Origin: a phage | Strand: one strand, 5' to 3' | Length of the DNA: 64,000 nucleotides | Sequence record: PQ826431.1 | In this document: positions 26,394 to 35,120 of the stretch, piece by piece | Position numbering within the stretch: the first letter of the stretch is position 1 | Layout of the letters: the number at the start of each line of letters is the position of its first letter | Translations under genes and position numbers: made by a program | Notes under the pieces: generated by a model | The model's input: only the letters and a program-made list of their open reading frames with translations | Database searches by the model: none | Told to the model about the DNA's origin: nothing

Positions 26394-27047
26394 CTATACC
26401 AGACTTTCAAGGTATTTGTCAAGGGCTTCTTGATCACCTTGACAAACATAGCAACGGAAGTCTTGAGCCGAAGGTTGTTTATTTTCATCCCAATCCCAAT
26501 AAACATTACCTTTATAACGCGAGCCAGGGAACTCAAAAGAGGCTGTATGTGTAATGTATCCTGGGCCACCAGTGAAATCACAGAATGAGAATTGAGGGTA
26601 TGCCGCCTTTACTGCCTCAATAAACCAAGCTTTACGATCTAAAGCTTCATTGATGCTATACGCATGTCTCTCCATTTCTTCCCACGTTTTCCAGACACTT
26701 CTCTCATCAGGAGAAAAGACAAGCCATTCTGGAAGGTATAGAGTGTCATAGTAATCATCATATTCGATCTCGGAGGCGCACGAAGCTGACTCCTCCAGTT
26801 TTGAGTAATCAAAAGCAGAATATACCCACCAACCATCTTCCAGTAACGCTTTGATAGGGACGAAGCCTTTATCAGCATATTGATCGAATTGTTTGACACG
26901 GTGGCTTGTGCAGTCTTCAAACTCACATTCTAAACGATATGCACCTTTTCGACGAGCCTCAAGACCGTGTGTACTGAAAATAACAACACTTCCTTCACCA
27001 TCATTACGATCTACTTGATAAGCAACCACTGGTTTTGAATTTGACAT
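26394..27047 (-). CDS. hypothetical protein (217 aa)
   Basis: ORF track. Confidence 0.55.
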   Translation of the reverse strand: MSNSKPVVAYQVDRNDGEGSVVIFSTHGLEARRKGAYRLECEFEDCTSHRVKQFDQYADKGFVPIKALLEDGWWVYSAFDYSKLEESASCASEIEYDDYYDTLYLPEWLVFSPDERSVWKTWEEMERHAYSINEALDRKAWFIEAVKAAYPQFSFCDFTGGPGYITHTASFEFPGSRYKGNVYWDWDENKQPSAQDFRCYVCQGDQEALDKYLESLV

Positions 27048-27730
27048 TATTTCTCCTTATCTAGAAGATTGTTAGACAAAAACACTGCACGAGCAAAACC
27101 ACGTGCGGTTAGTGATCTAAGTTGTTTTGTTTTTGCACTAGCTCCACCTAAGCTTTTCCAACCCCAGAAGCAGCCTATATGATCTACTGGTTTCTTCACT
27201 GGTTGAACAAAACCATTGCCGTGCCAAATACAAGTTTTCTTTGTATACCCATCACGGGTAGGCATTTTAGGATGAAAACTTCCTTCCTCTTCAAACAAAT
27301 ACCCACCATACTCATAAGGATCAAAGTAAAAATCAGGTTTACGCCATAAGGTTGAAAGTTTACCTACTGGGTTTTCAATCATCCAAGGAACATTATATTT
27401 GTTACCCAAAGCTTCCACTACACGAATATTAGCTAAAGCTTCATCTAATTCCTCTGTGCTACGTTCGTGTTTGCTACCACTACCTGCTAACATAGTGCAG
27501 GGTGGAAATCCAAAAATAATATCGGGTTTAGGTATCCCATGATCTTCAGGGTTGAATGTAGAATCTATCCAGGCATTCACATAAGTTATGTTTGGGTGCT
27601 CCATCCTAACCTCGTATTTACCGTGATCCCCTTCATCAGCGTTTACACAAAAACACTTGTGACCTGCTTCGGCATAACGTAACACCATGATCCCAGATCC
27701 GTCAAACATAGACAAAACTGTTTTACTCAT
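27047..27730 (-). CDS. C5-cytosine methyltransferase-fold protein, short (227 aa), Pro-Cys-Thr in place of Pro-Cys-Gln
   Basis: motif I-like FDGSG, motif IV-like DIIFGFPPCTMLAGSG, motif VI-like ENPVGKL; track ORF trimmed to ATG after RBS GGAGGGG. Confidence 0.5.
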   Translation of the reverse strand: MSKTVLSMFDGSGIMVLRYAEAGHKCFCVNADEGDHGKYEVRMEHPNITYVNAWIDSTFNPEDHGIPKPDIIFGFPPCTMLAGSGSKHERSTEELDEALANIRVVEALGNKYNVPWMIENPVGKLSTLWRKPDFYFDPYEYGGYLFEEEGSFHPKMPTRDGYTKKTCIWHGNGFVQPVKKPVDHIGCFWGWKSLGGASAKTKQLRSLTARGFARAVFLSNNLLDKEK

Positions 27731-28118
27731 TACCCCTCCATTCAAGACAAGCCATAACTTTACGCCAATCACTTTCTGTAAGAAAAATCTCGTTTGCTTT
27801 CTTCCACAAATCTAAATCGTGAAGGGTTGGAATACGATATGTTAGTTCACAGAATCTATGCTCTTCTTCTGTAATATAACCAAAATGCAGAGCCACATCG
27901 TGAAACCAACACCAACCATGCATCTCTCGAACAACATGGTCATGCTGAGACATTGTTTTATGCCGTAAACCTAACCAACAAGGAACAGATACTTTAGTAG
28001 TCTTTAATCTGTGATCAACAGTATTAGAGTATTCAATAATAGCTGTCAGTTTCAATCGTGCTTTTTCTAAATCCTCATGCGTCACTTTGAAATAACTTTC
28101 TGAAAGATATCCACACAT
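27723..28118 (-). CDS. hypothetical protein (131 aa)
   Basis: track ORF trimmed to ATG after RBS GAAGGAGG. Confidence 0.5.
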   Translation of the reverse strand: MCGYLSESYFKVTHEDLEKARLKLTAIIEYSNTVDHRLKTTKVSVPCWLGLRHKTMSQHDHVVREMHGWCWFHDVALHFGYITEEEHRFCELTYRIPTLHDLDLWKKANEIFLTESDWRKVMACLEWRGNE

Positions 28119-28119
28119 A

Positions 28120-29061
28120 TTAATAACCTCCTTCAAAAGGCTTTACTACATGTTGATTAGCTTTAAAACGTTCAACATAGTCGTTTTCGCCCATGTTTTC
28201 ATATAGCTTAGTAACAACATAAAAGTTTTCCCAAGCATATTCCCTAAACCAACCACTAGTGATGGATGTGCAGACTTTAGATAAAGCCATTATAAAACTT
28301 TGCTTAGGGGTTGGACCTCCGATCTCTCCACCGAAAGGAATTTGTGAACGTTCCAAAGCCAAAACACACGCTTCTTCATAAACACCTAACAGGCGCACAT
28401 GTTTTGGTTGAGCAAAAAACTTTTCTTTGCTGGTCATAACTTCACTTCCATCTTTCATATAAGATTTATATGCCGGAGCATCCATTACCGCGATTGCTTC
28501 ATGGATAGAATCATGATCATAAACATACGGAACCTCATCACCTTTAAAAAAGTCTTTACTTTTTACGTTTAAGTTCGGATGAGAGTAAGTGTATGTTTCT
28601 TTCTCACGCAACTCATAAATACTCTTAAGATTTTCTGGGATCTTTGCGCCCAGTGACCGCATGAAATGAATATCTTTCATAGTTTTAAAGAAGTGAGGAC
28701 TATCCTTTTTAAAACGATGACTCATTTTAAGAAGGTAGAGCACATCTAAAGGAGCAACAACATGTCCAGCGTAAGTTCGACGAACATCATCAGAATCTTC
28801 ACAATAACTAATCAAAGCTTCTGTGCTATCTCCTTGAGAAGCAATATCGTATTCCAAATGTGCACCAGCTATCATTTTGACATGGCCTTTGTTTCCTTTA
28901 CGTTCTACAAGTTCAACAAACTCCTCTTGAGAGAACATTTTTGATAATTCTTCCCACTCTTGTTCTGTACACAGGTAATCTAAATCTACACAAGGGCGAT
29001 ACAAGTCTTTTCCCATGTCCATAGCATGAATTTGCAATGCACGGCTACCAATTAACACCAT
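28120..29061 (-). CDS. hypothetical protein (313 aa); possible nucleotidyltransferase-like N-terminus
   Basis: ORF track; N-terminal LIGSRAL...DLD pattern only weakly resembles NTase GS...D-x-D motif. Confidence 0.5.
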   Translation of the reverse strand: MVLIGSRALQIHAMDMGKDLYRPCVDLDYLCTEQEWEELSKMFSQEEFVELVERKGNKGHVKMIAGAHLEYDIASQGDSTEALISYCEDSDDVRRTYAGHVVAPLDVLYLLKMSHRFKKDSPHFFKTMKDIHFMRSLGAKIPENLKSIYELREKETYTYSHPNLNVKSKDFFKGDEVPYVYDHDSIHEAIAVMDAPAYKSYMKDGSEVMTSKEKFFAQPKHVRLLGVYEEACVLALERSQIPFGGEIGGPTPKQSFIMALSKVCTSITSGWFREYAWENFYVVTKLYENMGENDYVERFKANQHVVKPFEGGY

Positions 29062-29091
29062 AATATTTCTCCTCTATTGGTTGATAGGTTA

Positions 29092-29120
29092 AGTTTATCA
29101 AGCTTCCAGATTCCTGTCAA
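29092..29120 (-). promoter_or_regulatory. promoter on minus strand (TTGACA-17-TAAACT)
   Basis: reverse-complement reading; upstream of 28120-29061 gene. Confidence 0.5.
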
Positions 29121-29141
29121 TAAAAAACCCGCCGAAGCGGG
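29121..29141 (-). terminator. intrinsic terminator (CCCGC-UUCG-GCGGG + U6) on minus strand
   Basis: UUCG tetraloop hairpin followed by U-run in minus-strand RNA; abuts promoter. Confidence 0.6.
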
Positions 29142-29151
29142 TTATTATTTA

Positions 29152-29424
29152 CTAACACATTGAGGAAGAAGAGATCCAAACACCTCTTGTGGTTAAACCA
29201 TTTTCATCCAACTCTACACCATAATCTTCACAAATGAAATCAATATAGTGATCTGCGGCTGGCGTTCCTGTAGGGTAATAAGTTTCTCCGTTACCGTAGT
29301 CACCTATCCAAGCTTGTTCCTGAAACTGTTCACAAAGTTCTTCAATCTCCTTACGGAACTTTCTTTGTGCTTGTTCCATCTCTTTAACTTTCTTTTTTAT
29401 CAGCAGTTCGCCTTCAGACTCCAC
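29152..29424 (-). CDS. small acidic protein (90 aa) with C-terminal GVW-x-SSS-x-C tail
   Basis: ORF track (GTG start); tail shared with 29434 and 29939 ORFs. Confidence 0.5.
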   Translation of the reverse strand: MESEGELLIKKKVKEMEQAQRKFRKEIEELCEQFQEQAWIGDYGNGETYYPTGTPAADHYIDFICEDYGVELDENGLTTRGVWISSSSMC

Positions 29425-29433
29425 AATCTCTCC

Positions 29434-29652
29434 TTAACAGCTACTACTGTGCCAAACGCCTTGAGAATTAACGACGAAACCATCATCACCTTCACCATAA
29501 CAAGAAGAGGATTGCCAATCTTCAAAACAGATTGCGTCATTTTCTAAACTAAGACCAAAACCAGCATCTTCAGCTTCTTTTGTAAGTTCGTCCACTAAAG
29601 CCATAATAGCTTGGGCTTTTTCAGTTAATTCTTCAACATTACGATCACTCAT
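29434..29652 (-). CDS. small acidic protein (72 aa) with C-terminal GVWHSSSC tail
   Basis: track ORF trimmed to ATG after RBS AGAGGAGAAATACTA. Confidence 0.5.
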   Translation of the reverse strand: MSDRNVEELTEKAQAIMALVDELTKEAEDAGFGLSLENDAICFEDWQSSSCYGEGDDGFVVNSQGVWHSSSC

Positions 29653-29927
29653 TAGTATTTCTCCTCTGGTTGGAAAACTGAACGACAAGCCCACATACTA
29701 GCTTCTTTTAAATGTTTAATAGCACAACGGATTTGATCAATACGTTCGTATGCAAGATCTAATTCTTTTTCTGTGCCGTCAAAAGACCCATGATCTGCTT
29801 CACAATACTCTTCCTCTAAAGCTTTGAAGATTAAACCTAAACGCTCTTCTGCATCTTTAATAGCGTTAACCTTGCCAATCTTATCGTCAGTATGCGCCTT
29901 ATAACCTTTGATATCTTCGATTCCCAC
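29652..29927 (-). CDS. hypothetical protein (about 91 aa)
   Basis: track ORF 29652-29966 (TTG, no RBS) trimmed to GTG after AGGAGG; start uncertain. Confidence 0.4.
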   Translation of the reverse strand: MGIEDIKGYKAHTDDKIGKVNAIKDAEERLGLIFKALEEEYCEADHGSFDGTEKELDLAYERIDQIRCAIKHLKEASMWACRSVFQPEEKY

Positions 29928-29938
29928 TTTACCTCCTA

Positions 29939-30136
29939 TTAACAACTTAAAGAAGATGGATGCCAATTTGTTCCAGTATTCTCATTTTCATCTTCTGGAT
30001 CATAATAGCCACCCATCCCATATTCAGGGGAGAAACGGAAACCTTTACCAGTCTCATCTGCTAACTGCTCTGCTTCCGCTAAAGCCTCATAAGCTGCTTT
30101 TACGGCTTCTTCTACTGTTTTAAACTTGGTCGTCAT
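29939..30136 (-). CDS. small acidic protein (65 aa) with C-terminal NWHPSSLSC tail
   Basis: ORF track. Confidence 0.5.
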   Translation of the reverse strand: MTTKFKTVEEAVKAAYEALAEAEQLADETGKGFRFSPEYGMGGYYDPEDENENTGTNWHPSSLSC

Positions 30137-30410
30137 AAAATTTCTCCTCTCCTAAAGACATGTTGACATGAAATGCACGATATGTAAATTCGTTGTCCGT
30201 TGTGTTTGAATAAAACTCAAATTGAACAACACCGTCTTGAGAAGACAGATACATGCCAATTTGAACTGTCCCTTCTGGTACCAGGTAAGCATACTCTGGA
30301 CGTAGTGTTACATTGTAAAAATAAAGTTCCCCAACACCCATTTCATCCCAAGCTTCCCAAGCGGTAACGAAGTTACTTTCAAAACTTGTTACTGATCCGA
30401 ACTCTGCCAT
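30120..30410 (-). CDS. hypothetical protein (96 aa)
   Basis: ORF track. Confidence 0.5.
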   Translation of the reverse strand: MAEFGSVTSFESNFVTAWEAWDEMGVGELYFYNVTLRPEYAYLVPEGTVQIGMYLSSQDGVVQFEFYSNTTDNEFTYRAFHVNMSLGEEKFYDDQV

Positions 30411-30901
30411 AAAACCTCCTCAATCTTGTAGTTTGACTCCATCTCCAACACATTTCCACGAACGTCTCTCCGAAGAAAGGCATAAGCTTTATTAGGTATT
30501 GTAGACTCATATTTAACCATATCTGGCACAGCAAAAGATACTACTACTCCTGCTGGGCTTCTGTCAAGAGCCTTATTAATATTTCTAAGAATATCGTTAG
30601 CCAAGATTTCTGCCAATTCTCCAAGAACAGTTTCGGTTATATCTTTATATCCCATTAAGTATTTGTTGATATCTTTCATCTCTGTATTGTTCAGAGTATA
30701 ATCCAAAGGATAGAAATTCAAAGCGGAGTCACTTTTATGTGTCCACATGAAATGCACCCGATCCGAGCAGAATCGTAACCCTCTTTGAAGAATATCTTCT
30801 ACAACAGGCAGAATTTCTTTTGTCACATCATTAACCATGTTGTAATCTAAGATTTCTGCCAAGTTTGTTCTTTGTTCACCACGTTTACGTTTAGGAATCA
30901 C
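30389..30901 (-). CDS. hypothetical protein (170 aa)
   Basis: ORF track. Confidence 0.55.
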   Translation of the reverse strand: MIPKRKRGEQRTNLAEILDYNMVNDVTKEILPVVEDILQRGLRFCSDRVHFMWTHKSDSALNFYPLDYTLNNTEMKDINKYLMGYKDITETVLGELAEILANDILRNINKALDRSPAGVVVSFAVPDMVKYESTIPNKAYAFLRRDVRGNVLEMESNYKIEEVLWQSSDQ

Positions 30902-31472
30902 TTGTTATTGCCCTCATTACCAAAGGTCGTAGAAAATCGTAAATCTCTTGTTTTGTTTTCCCACGAATGTTTAAACAAGGAACATTATTGGCTTTAGCTA
31001 TCTTCCAAGCCGTAGCTGTTCCACCTTTTGCATCTCCATGTTTATCAGTATTAGCACAAGCCAACAAGAAACATGATGGAGCAGGATTCTCCAAATCTCT
31101 ACCTAACACTTGATGCACATTACGTTGGTGCAATTTTCTAGCACCCTGCTTAAGCTTTTCATAGACTGGGTGAACATCTTTGATCCATTGCACAGAGATA
31201 GCATAGTTCATTGTATCTGGTTTTGCAAGAACAATAACATCCCCTGGAATCTGATTACCTTTGAAATTTTCCCAAGGAACATAAATCTCCTTGTTAGTAG
31301 GATTTTCAGACTCTTGGACACCTGTTTCAAAAGCAGAATCACTACCCTCTGCCTTCCCAGACCTTAATTTAAACCCAAGGTTTGAAAGCCATTTCCCTAT
31401 GCCTACCATCAAAGCCCACTCTTCTTCGGATATGTCTCTACTTCCAACTCCCGTATAGAACAGTTCTGCCAT
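30891..31472 (-). CDS. hypothetical protein (193 aa); weak DprA/SLOG-like Rossmann pattern
   Basis: VGSR...SGKAEGSDSAFETGV resembles DprA/SLOG nucleotide-binding motif; track ORF trimmed to ATG after RBS GAGGTG. Confidence 0.45.
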   Translation of the reverse strand: MAELFYTGVGSRDISEEEWALMVGIGKWLSNLGFKLRSGKAEGSDSAFETGVQESENPTNKEIYVPWENFKGNQIPGDVIVLAKPDTMNYAISVQWIKDVHPVYEKLKQGARKLHQRNVHQVLGRDLENPAPSCFLLACANTDKHGDAKGGTATAWKIAKANNVPCLNIRGKTKQEIYDFLRPLVMRAITSDS

Positions 31473-31479
31473 AATCACC

Positions 31480-31788
31480 TCAACAAGTAATTTCAAAAGG
31501 TGTATACGGTTCCGTATTTCTCATGATCCAAGGACTGCTAGGATTGCTCGGATCATAAGGACCAAAAGGTTTTATGGTCGGTTGTGTTTCTTTCTTCTGA
31601 ATCTCTTCAAAAATACGACGAAGTTCAGAATATTCTTGATCCACCATAAGATTCGGTGCATCTGATTCTACAGCTTGCAGGTTATCTTCCTTAAGAACAA
31701 TCTCACGAACAAGATTAACATCTTCTGTTTCTAAGATAACTTCTTTACGGATATTACCTACACTTTGAATAATTGTAATCTTATACAT
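31480..31788 (-). CDS. hypothetical protein (102 aa)
   Basis: ORF track. Confidence 0.55.
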   Translation of the reverse strand: MYKITIIQSVGNIRKEVILETEDVNLVREIVLKEDNLQAVESDAPNLMVDQEYSELRRIFEEIQKKETQPTIKPFGPYDPSNPSSPWIMRNTEPYTPFEITC

Positions 31789-32531
31789 TAATCCTCCTCA
31801 AGAGTTGAATAAAATTGAAGACCACCGTCCATATCGAAATAAGCAAATGTTAAGTTATTATTGAACACAGATCCAGTATCCATATAAACACGATTCGCAT
31901 TGATAATAGGTGTTTTTACATAAGAGTGTCCATGAAACACATAATCCACACCCATCACAACAGGAAGTTTCATTCCCTCTTTAGCACAGTCTACCATATC
32001 TCTGTCCCACATAAGTGCTTCAGCAAAACGGTTTTCCTGTGTTTTTGTCATCTTCGAAATGTATTCTGGAATATCTGTTACAGGGAGATATTCCAAAGAA
32101 GATGGATACCCACCATGAATAAACGCAAGTTTCATGCCTCTGTAGTTAACAATGAGAACAACAGGTAAATCTTCTGTCATCATTGCTAAGGCTGTAGCTC
32201 CTTCTTCACCACATTCTTCAAAGACCGTATATCCTCCATTTTGATACCAACACTCGTAGTAGCTACGATCTCCTTCCAGCATACCTTTAATCATCATGTC
32301 TTCATGATTGCCACGAATAGCGTAGCGATTGTGTTTACGAGTAAATTCTAAAACACAACGAAAGTTTTGCTTTCCACGGTCAGTAAGATCTCCTAGAGAT
32401 ACAACCACATCTGTATCTCGGATACCTAACTTTGCCTTTCCTTTTTCATACAAATTATAACAACCGTGTAGATCTCCAATTATAAAAAGATCTTGATCGC
32501 TTTTAACAGTAATTTCTCTGTGTATGATCAC
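31788..32531 (-). CDS. Ser/Thr protein phosphatase (calcineurin-like metallophosphoesterase), 247 aa
   Basis: GDLHG, GDLTDRG and GNHE motifs. Confidence 0.85.
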   Translation of the reverse strand: MIIHREITVKSDQDLFIIGDLHGCYNLYEKGKAKLGIRDTDVVVSLGDLTDRGKQNFRCVLEFTRKHNRYAIRGNHEDMMIKGMLEGDRSYYECWYQNGGYTVFEECGEEGATALAMMTEDLPVVLIVNYRGMKLAFIHGGYPSSLEYLPVTDIPEYISKMTKTQENRFAEALMWDRDMVDCAKEGMKLPVVMGVDYVFHGHSYVKTPIINANRVYMDTGSVFNNNLTFAYFDMDGGLQFYSTLEED

Positions 32532-32857
32532 TTATCCTCCTCAAAATCTAAGAAAATAAAAATATTCACCTTTCCTTCAATCTCTTGTTCTAAAACAAGA
32601 TCGGCAAATTCTGCATAAGCTTTCTCTTCAACTTTTTCAATATGTTCTGCGGCATCTTTAAAAGGCGTATCCCCATCCACCTTTACTAATAAGAAAAGAG
32701 ATCGCATTTCGACGTTTTTACTGTTACGAGGAAGGAAATCTACAGCTTCAACAATTCTCCAACCCAAATAGCCAGGGGTTTTATGAATCTCCCCTAAATA
32801 CTTTTCTAAGATTTTACGACCCTCGTCGATAAGGGCTTGTTCTGTAGTAATTTCCAT
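32528..32857 (-). CDS. hypothetical protein (109 aa)
   Basis: ORF track. Confidence 0.55.
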   Translation of the reverse strand: MEITTEQALIDEGRKILEKYLGEIHKTPGYLGWRIVEAVDFLPRNSKNVEMRSLFLLVKVDGDTPFKDAAEHIEKVEEKAYAEFADLVLEQEIEGKVNIFIFLDFEEDK

Positions 32858-32867
32858 TCCTTCCTCC

Positions 32868-33458
32868 TCAAATTATTAACGAAACCGCATGACTAAATCT
32901 TGGTTCAGATATAACCTCTGCTACAGTCACATATGTATCGTGCAGCCAAAAAGATTCTACTCTACAAACACAAATACCGTTGATAATGAAATCTACACAG
33001 GCTTTATTATTTTCGCACACTTGTTGACTATAAACAACCCCTAAAGAGTCATAAAGTGATCTCACTGTTGCTACCATTTCATCTGTTTCGTCTTCCTGTG
33101 AAACAAAGAAAACGAATACAGACAAGTTATTAGCGAAAGTATTGCTATTCTCTACTTCAACCGACTTACAAGGTAAAAAGGAGTAATATTTACCGTTAGG
33201 TATCAATTTCGCCTCAACCTGGTTAAGTATGCTTTGAGATGGTTTTGTTACATAAAAAAGATTTTCTGTTGGGTTTTCAACATTGCTCCTTACTATGCAA
33301 CGAGTGGGGTTCGAAGGATCAAAAACATGATCGAAATCGACACACACAGGTAAGTTAACAACTTTAAACTTTTTGCTAAGAATGCTTACTGCTGTAAAAA
33401 TCAAACCAGCATTTATTTTGCCAGTGAAAGTTGAACGCATAACTACTCCTCGGATCAT
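32868..33458 (-). CDS. hypothetical protein (196 aa)
   Basis: ORF track. Confidence 0.55.
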   Translation of the reverse strand: MIRGVVMRSTFTGKINAGLIFTAVSILSKKFKVVNLPVCVDFDHVFDPSNPTRCIVRSNVENPTENLFYVTKPSQSILNQVEAKLIPNGKYYSFLPCKSVEVENSNTFANNLSVFVFFVSQEDETDEMVATVRSLYDSLGVVYSQQVCENNKACVDFIINGICVCRVESFWLHDTYVTVAEVISEPRFSHAVSLII

Positions 33459-33649
33459 TCTACCAAAGAGAATTCCGCCTCTTCCAGGTAGATTACAGAC
33501 CTTGTTGCATGATATTTAACGCTCCAGAAATTACCTTCGCGCCGTAAAAGTATCTCATTCACATCAAGATTGCTTAGAAAAACCATATAACTTAAAGCTT
33601 GTTGACGCGTTGAGAATTGTTTCTCTAAAAGTTCTTCTCCGCTCTGCAT
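33455..33649 (-). CDS. hypothetical protein (64 aa)
   Basis: ORF track; RBS AGGAGGG after hairpin. Confidence 0.5.
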   Translation of the reverse strand: MQSGEELLEKQFSTRQQALSYMVFLSNLDVNEILLRREGNFWSVKYHATRSVIYLEEAEFSLVE

Positions 33650-33694
33650 AATCCCTCCTTAAAATACTCCCTCCGAAAAGGGAGTATAAGTATA

Positions 33695-33898
33695 TCACGT
33701 AGTTGTTATGTTGTCTTCTTGGATACTAGAATCCACTTCTGCAAACATATCTTCTGCACTGTAATTATTTCCAGTCCAGCGTGATAAAAGGATAGCACCA
33801 ATCTCTTTTGCATGAGATTCGGACTCTGCATAAACGTTAGTCCCAGTGTCACCTTTTTTCTTTTCATGTGCATAAATGCAGTAATAATTGTAAGCCAT
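33695..33898 (-). CDS. hypothetical protein (67 aa)
   Basis: ORF track. Confidence 0.5.
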   Translation of the reverse strand: MAYNYYCIYAHEKKKGDTGTNVYAESESHAKEIGAILLSRWTGNNYSAEDMFAEVDSSIQEDNITTT

Positions 33899-34134
33899 TA
33901 ATCTTCCCAGTCATTGCCCTCGGTAGAGTGAACTAAAGCTCGCACGATACCACCGTAATCTACTGCCTGATTTGCAGCATGTTCGGCATAAACTTCAATG
34001 GCTTTTTTGAAGAAAAGAGCAGTAGCTGCTTCAATATTATCCATTTCGCCATCTACGTCAGTAGAAAGTGAAAGGTTGAGGCTTTCATCTACTTCATCAA
34101 AATCAATAGCCACTGTCATAATTAGTTTACCCAT
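33898..34134 (-). CDS. hypothetical acidic protein (78 aa)
   Basis: ORF track. Confidence 0.5.
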   Translation of the reverse strand: MGKLIMTVAIDFDEVDESLNLSLSTDVDGEMDNIEAATALFFKKAIEVYAEHAANQAVDYGGIVRALVHSTEGNDWED

Positions 34135-34146
34135 AGTTCACACTCC

Positions 34147-34656
34147 TTAAACAAAATAAAATGGTTGAGAGAGGCCCAAACGATTCTTTGGGTCGTATAC
34201 ATACCAAGCGTATGCTGTCTTATCTGTTCCACCTGCAACAAACGAAGGCCGTTCTGAAAGGACTATAAGGTTTGTTGGTGGATTCTTTTGATGGAACTCT
34301 CGTCGTTTCTTTGACTCCAAGAAGCCCAACCGAAGAAGATAAATACAAACATCCGCCTCTTTTAAGCTCTTTTCCAAGAACTCCATTGCTAACTTAAATG
34401 GAGGATTTGTGATTATAATGTCGGGACGATTTTCCCATTCATGACTAAAATAATCTTTACCTTCTTCAAGTTCGCAATATTCTGAACCTTCAGGAAAATG
34501 GCGATAAATCGCTTCAGCTTCACCTCTGCAAGGTTCTGCAAAAACCCAACCTTCTTCCTTTAGATTTTTGAAATCTATAACACTAAACAAACTATTGATT
34601 GCTTTTTGCGGTGTCGGATAATAATCGCTCGTTGGGCGATCATAATCTAATGCCAT
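34147..34656 (-). CDS. putative N6-adenine (amino-)methyltransferase-like protein, 169 aa
   Basis: catalytic-type IIITNPPF (N/D-PP-F/Y) motif and N-terminal YYPTP motif. Confidence 0.5.
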   Translation of the reverse strand: MALDYDRPTSDYYPTPQKAINSLFSVIDFKNLKEEGWVFAEPCRGEAEAIYRHFPEGSEYCELEEGKDYFSHEWENRPDIIITNPPFKLAMEFLEKSLKEADVCIYLLRLGFLESKKRREFHQKNPPTNLIVLSERPSFVAGGTDKTAYAWYVYDPKNRLGLSQPFYFV

Positions 34657-35074
34657 CTAAAATCTCCTCTTTTGTAATATTATCCAACTCTTTAAAGGAT
34701 GAAATCTCGTTTAATAATCCTATTTGATCAGCTTCTAGAGGATAAGTGTTTTTATCTGTTTTTCTAGACAGAATATCTTCAACAAACTTATCAATAGCCA
34801 AAGAAGAATCATAAAATTTTAAAAGTTGGTAATCCATAGGAGATATTTTGTCATCTCTTAGAAATATTTCTAACATGTTTTCAGGAGTATCATGGTTTAG
34901 TTTATGTTCACCAAAAATATTAACTTCATAAACATCTTTGCCAAACCAACGTTTCTTCTTTTCAACAGTATAGGTTTTTGCCACCAGACCATCTAAACAG
35001 TTTCTTGCCCTCTTACATGTTTGACGGTAAGAGTGGATAGCGCCTTCAACAAACTTAGCAGGAACTTGTAACAT
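34640..35074 (-). CDS. hypothetical protein (144 aa)
   Basis: track ORF trimmed to ATG after hairpin and RBS TAGGAGATTAATA. Confidence 0.5.
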   Translation of the reverse strand: MLQVPAKFVEGAIHSYRQTCKRARNCLDGLVAKTYTVEKKKRWFGKDVYEVNIFGEHKLNHDTPENMLEIFLRDDKISPMDYQLLKFYDSSLAIDKFVEDILSRKTDKNTYPLEADQIGLLNEISSFKELDNITKEEILDGIRL

Positions 35075-35120
35075 TATTAATCTCCTATGTTTAAGAAATG
35101 CCCCCGAAGGGGGCAGTTTG

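Noticed and set aside
29652-29966. Track start (TTG at 29966) for the 29652 ORF
   Set aside because: No RBS upstream and it overlaps the preceding gene; an internal GTG preceded by AGGAGG (29927) is a more plausible start, though still uncertain.
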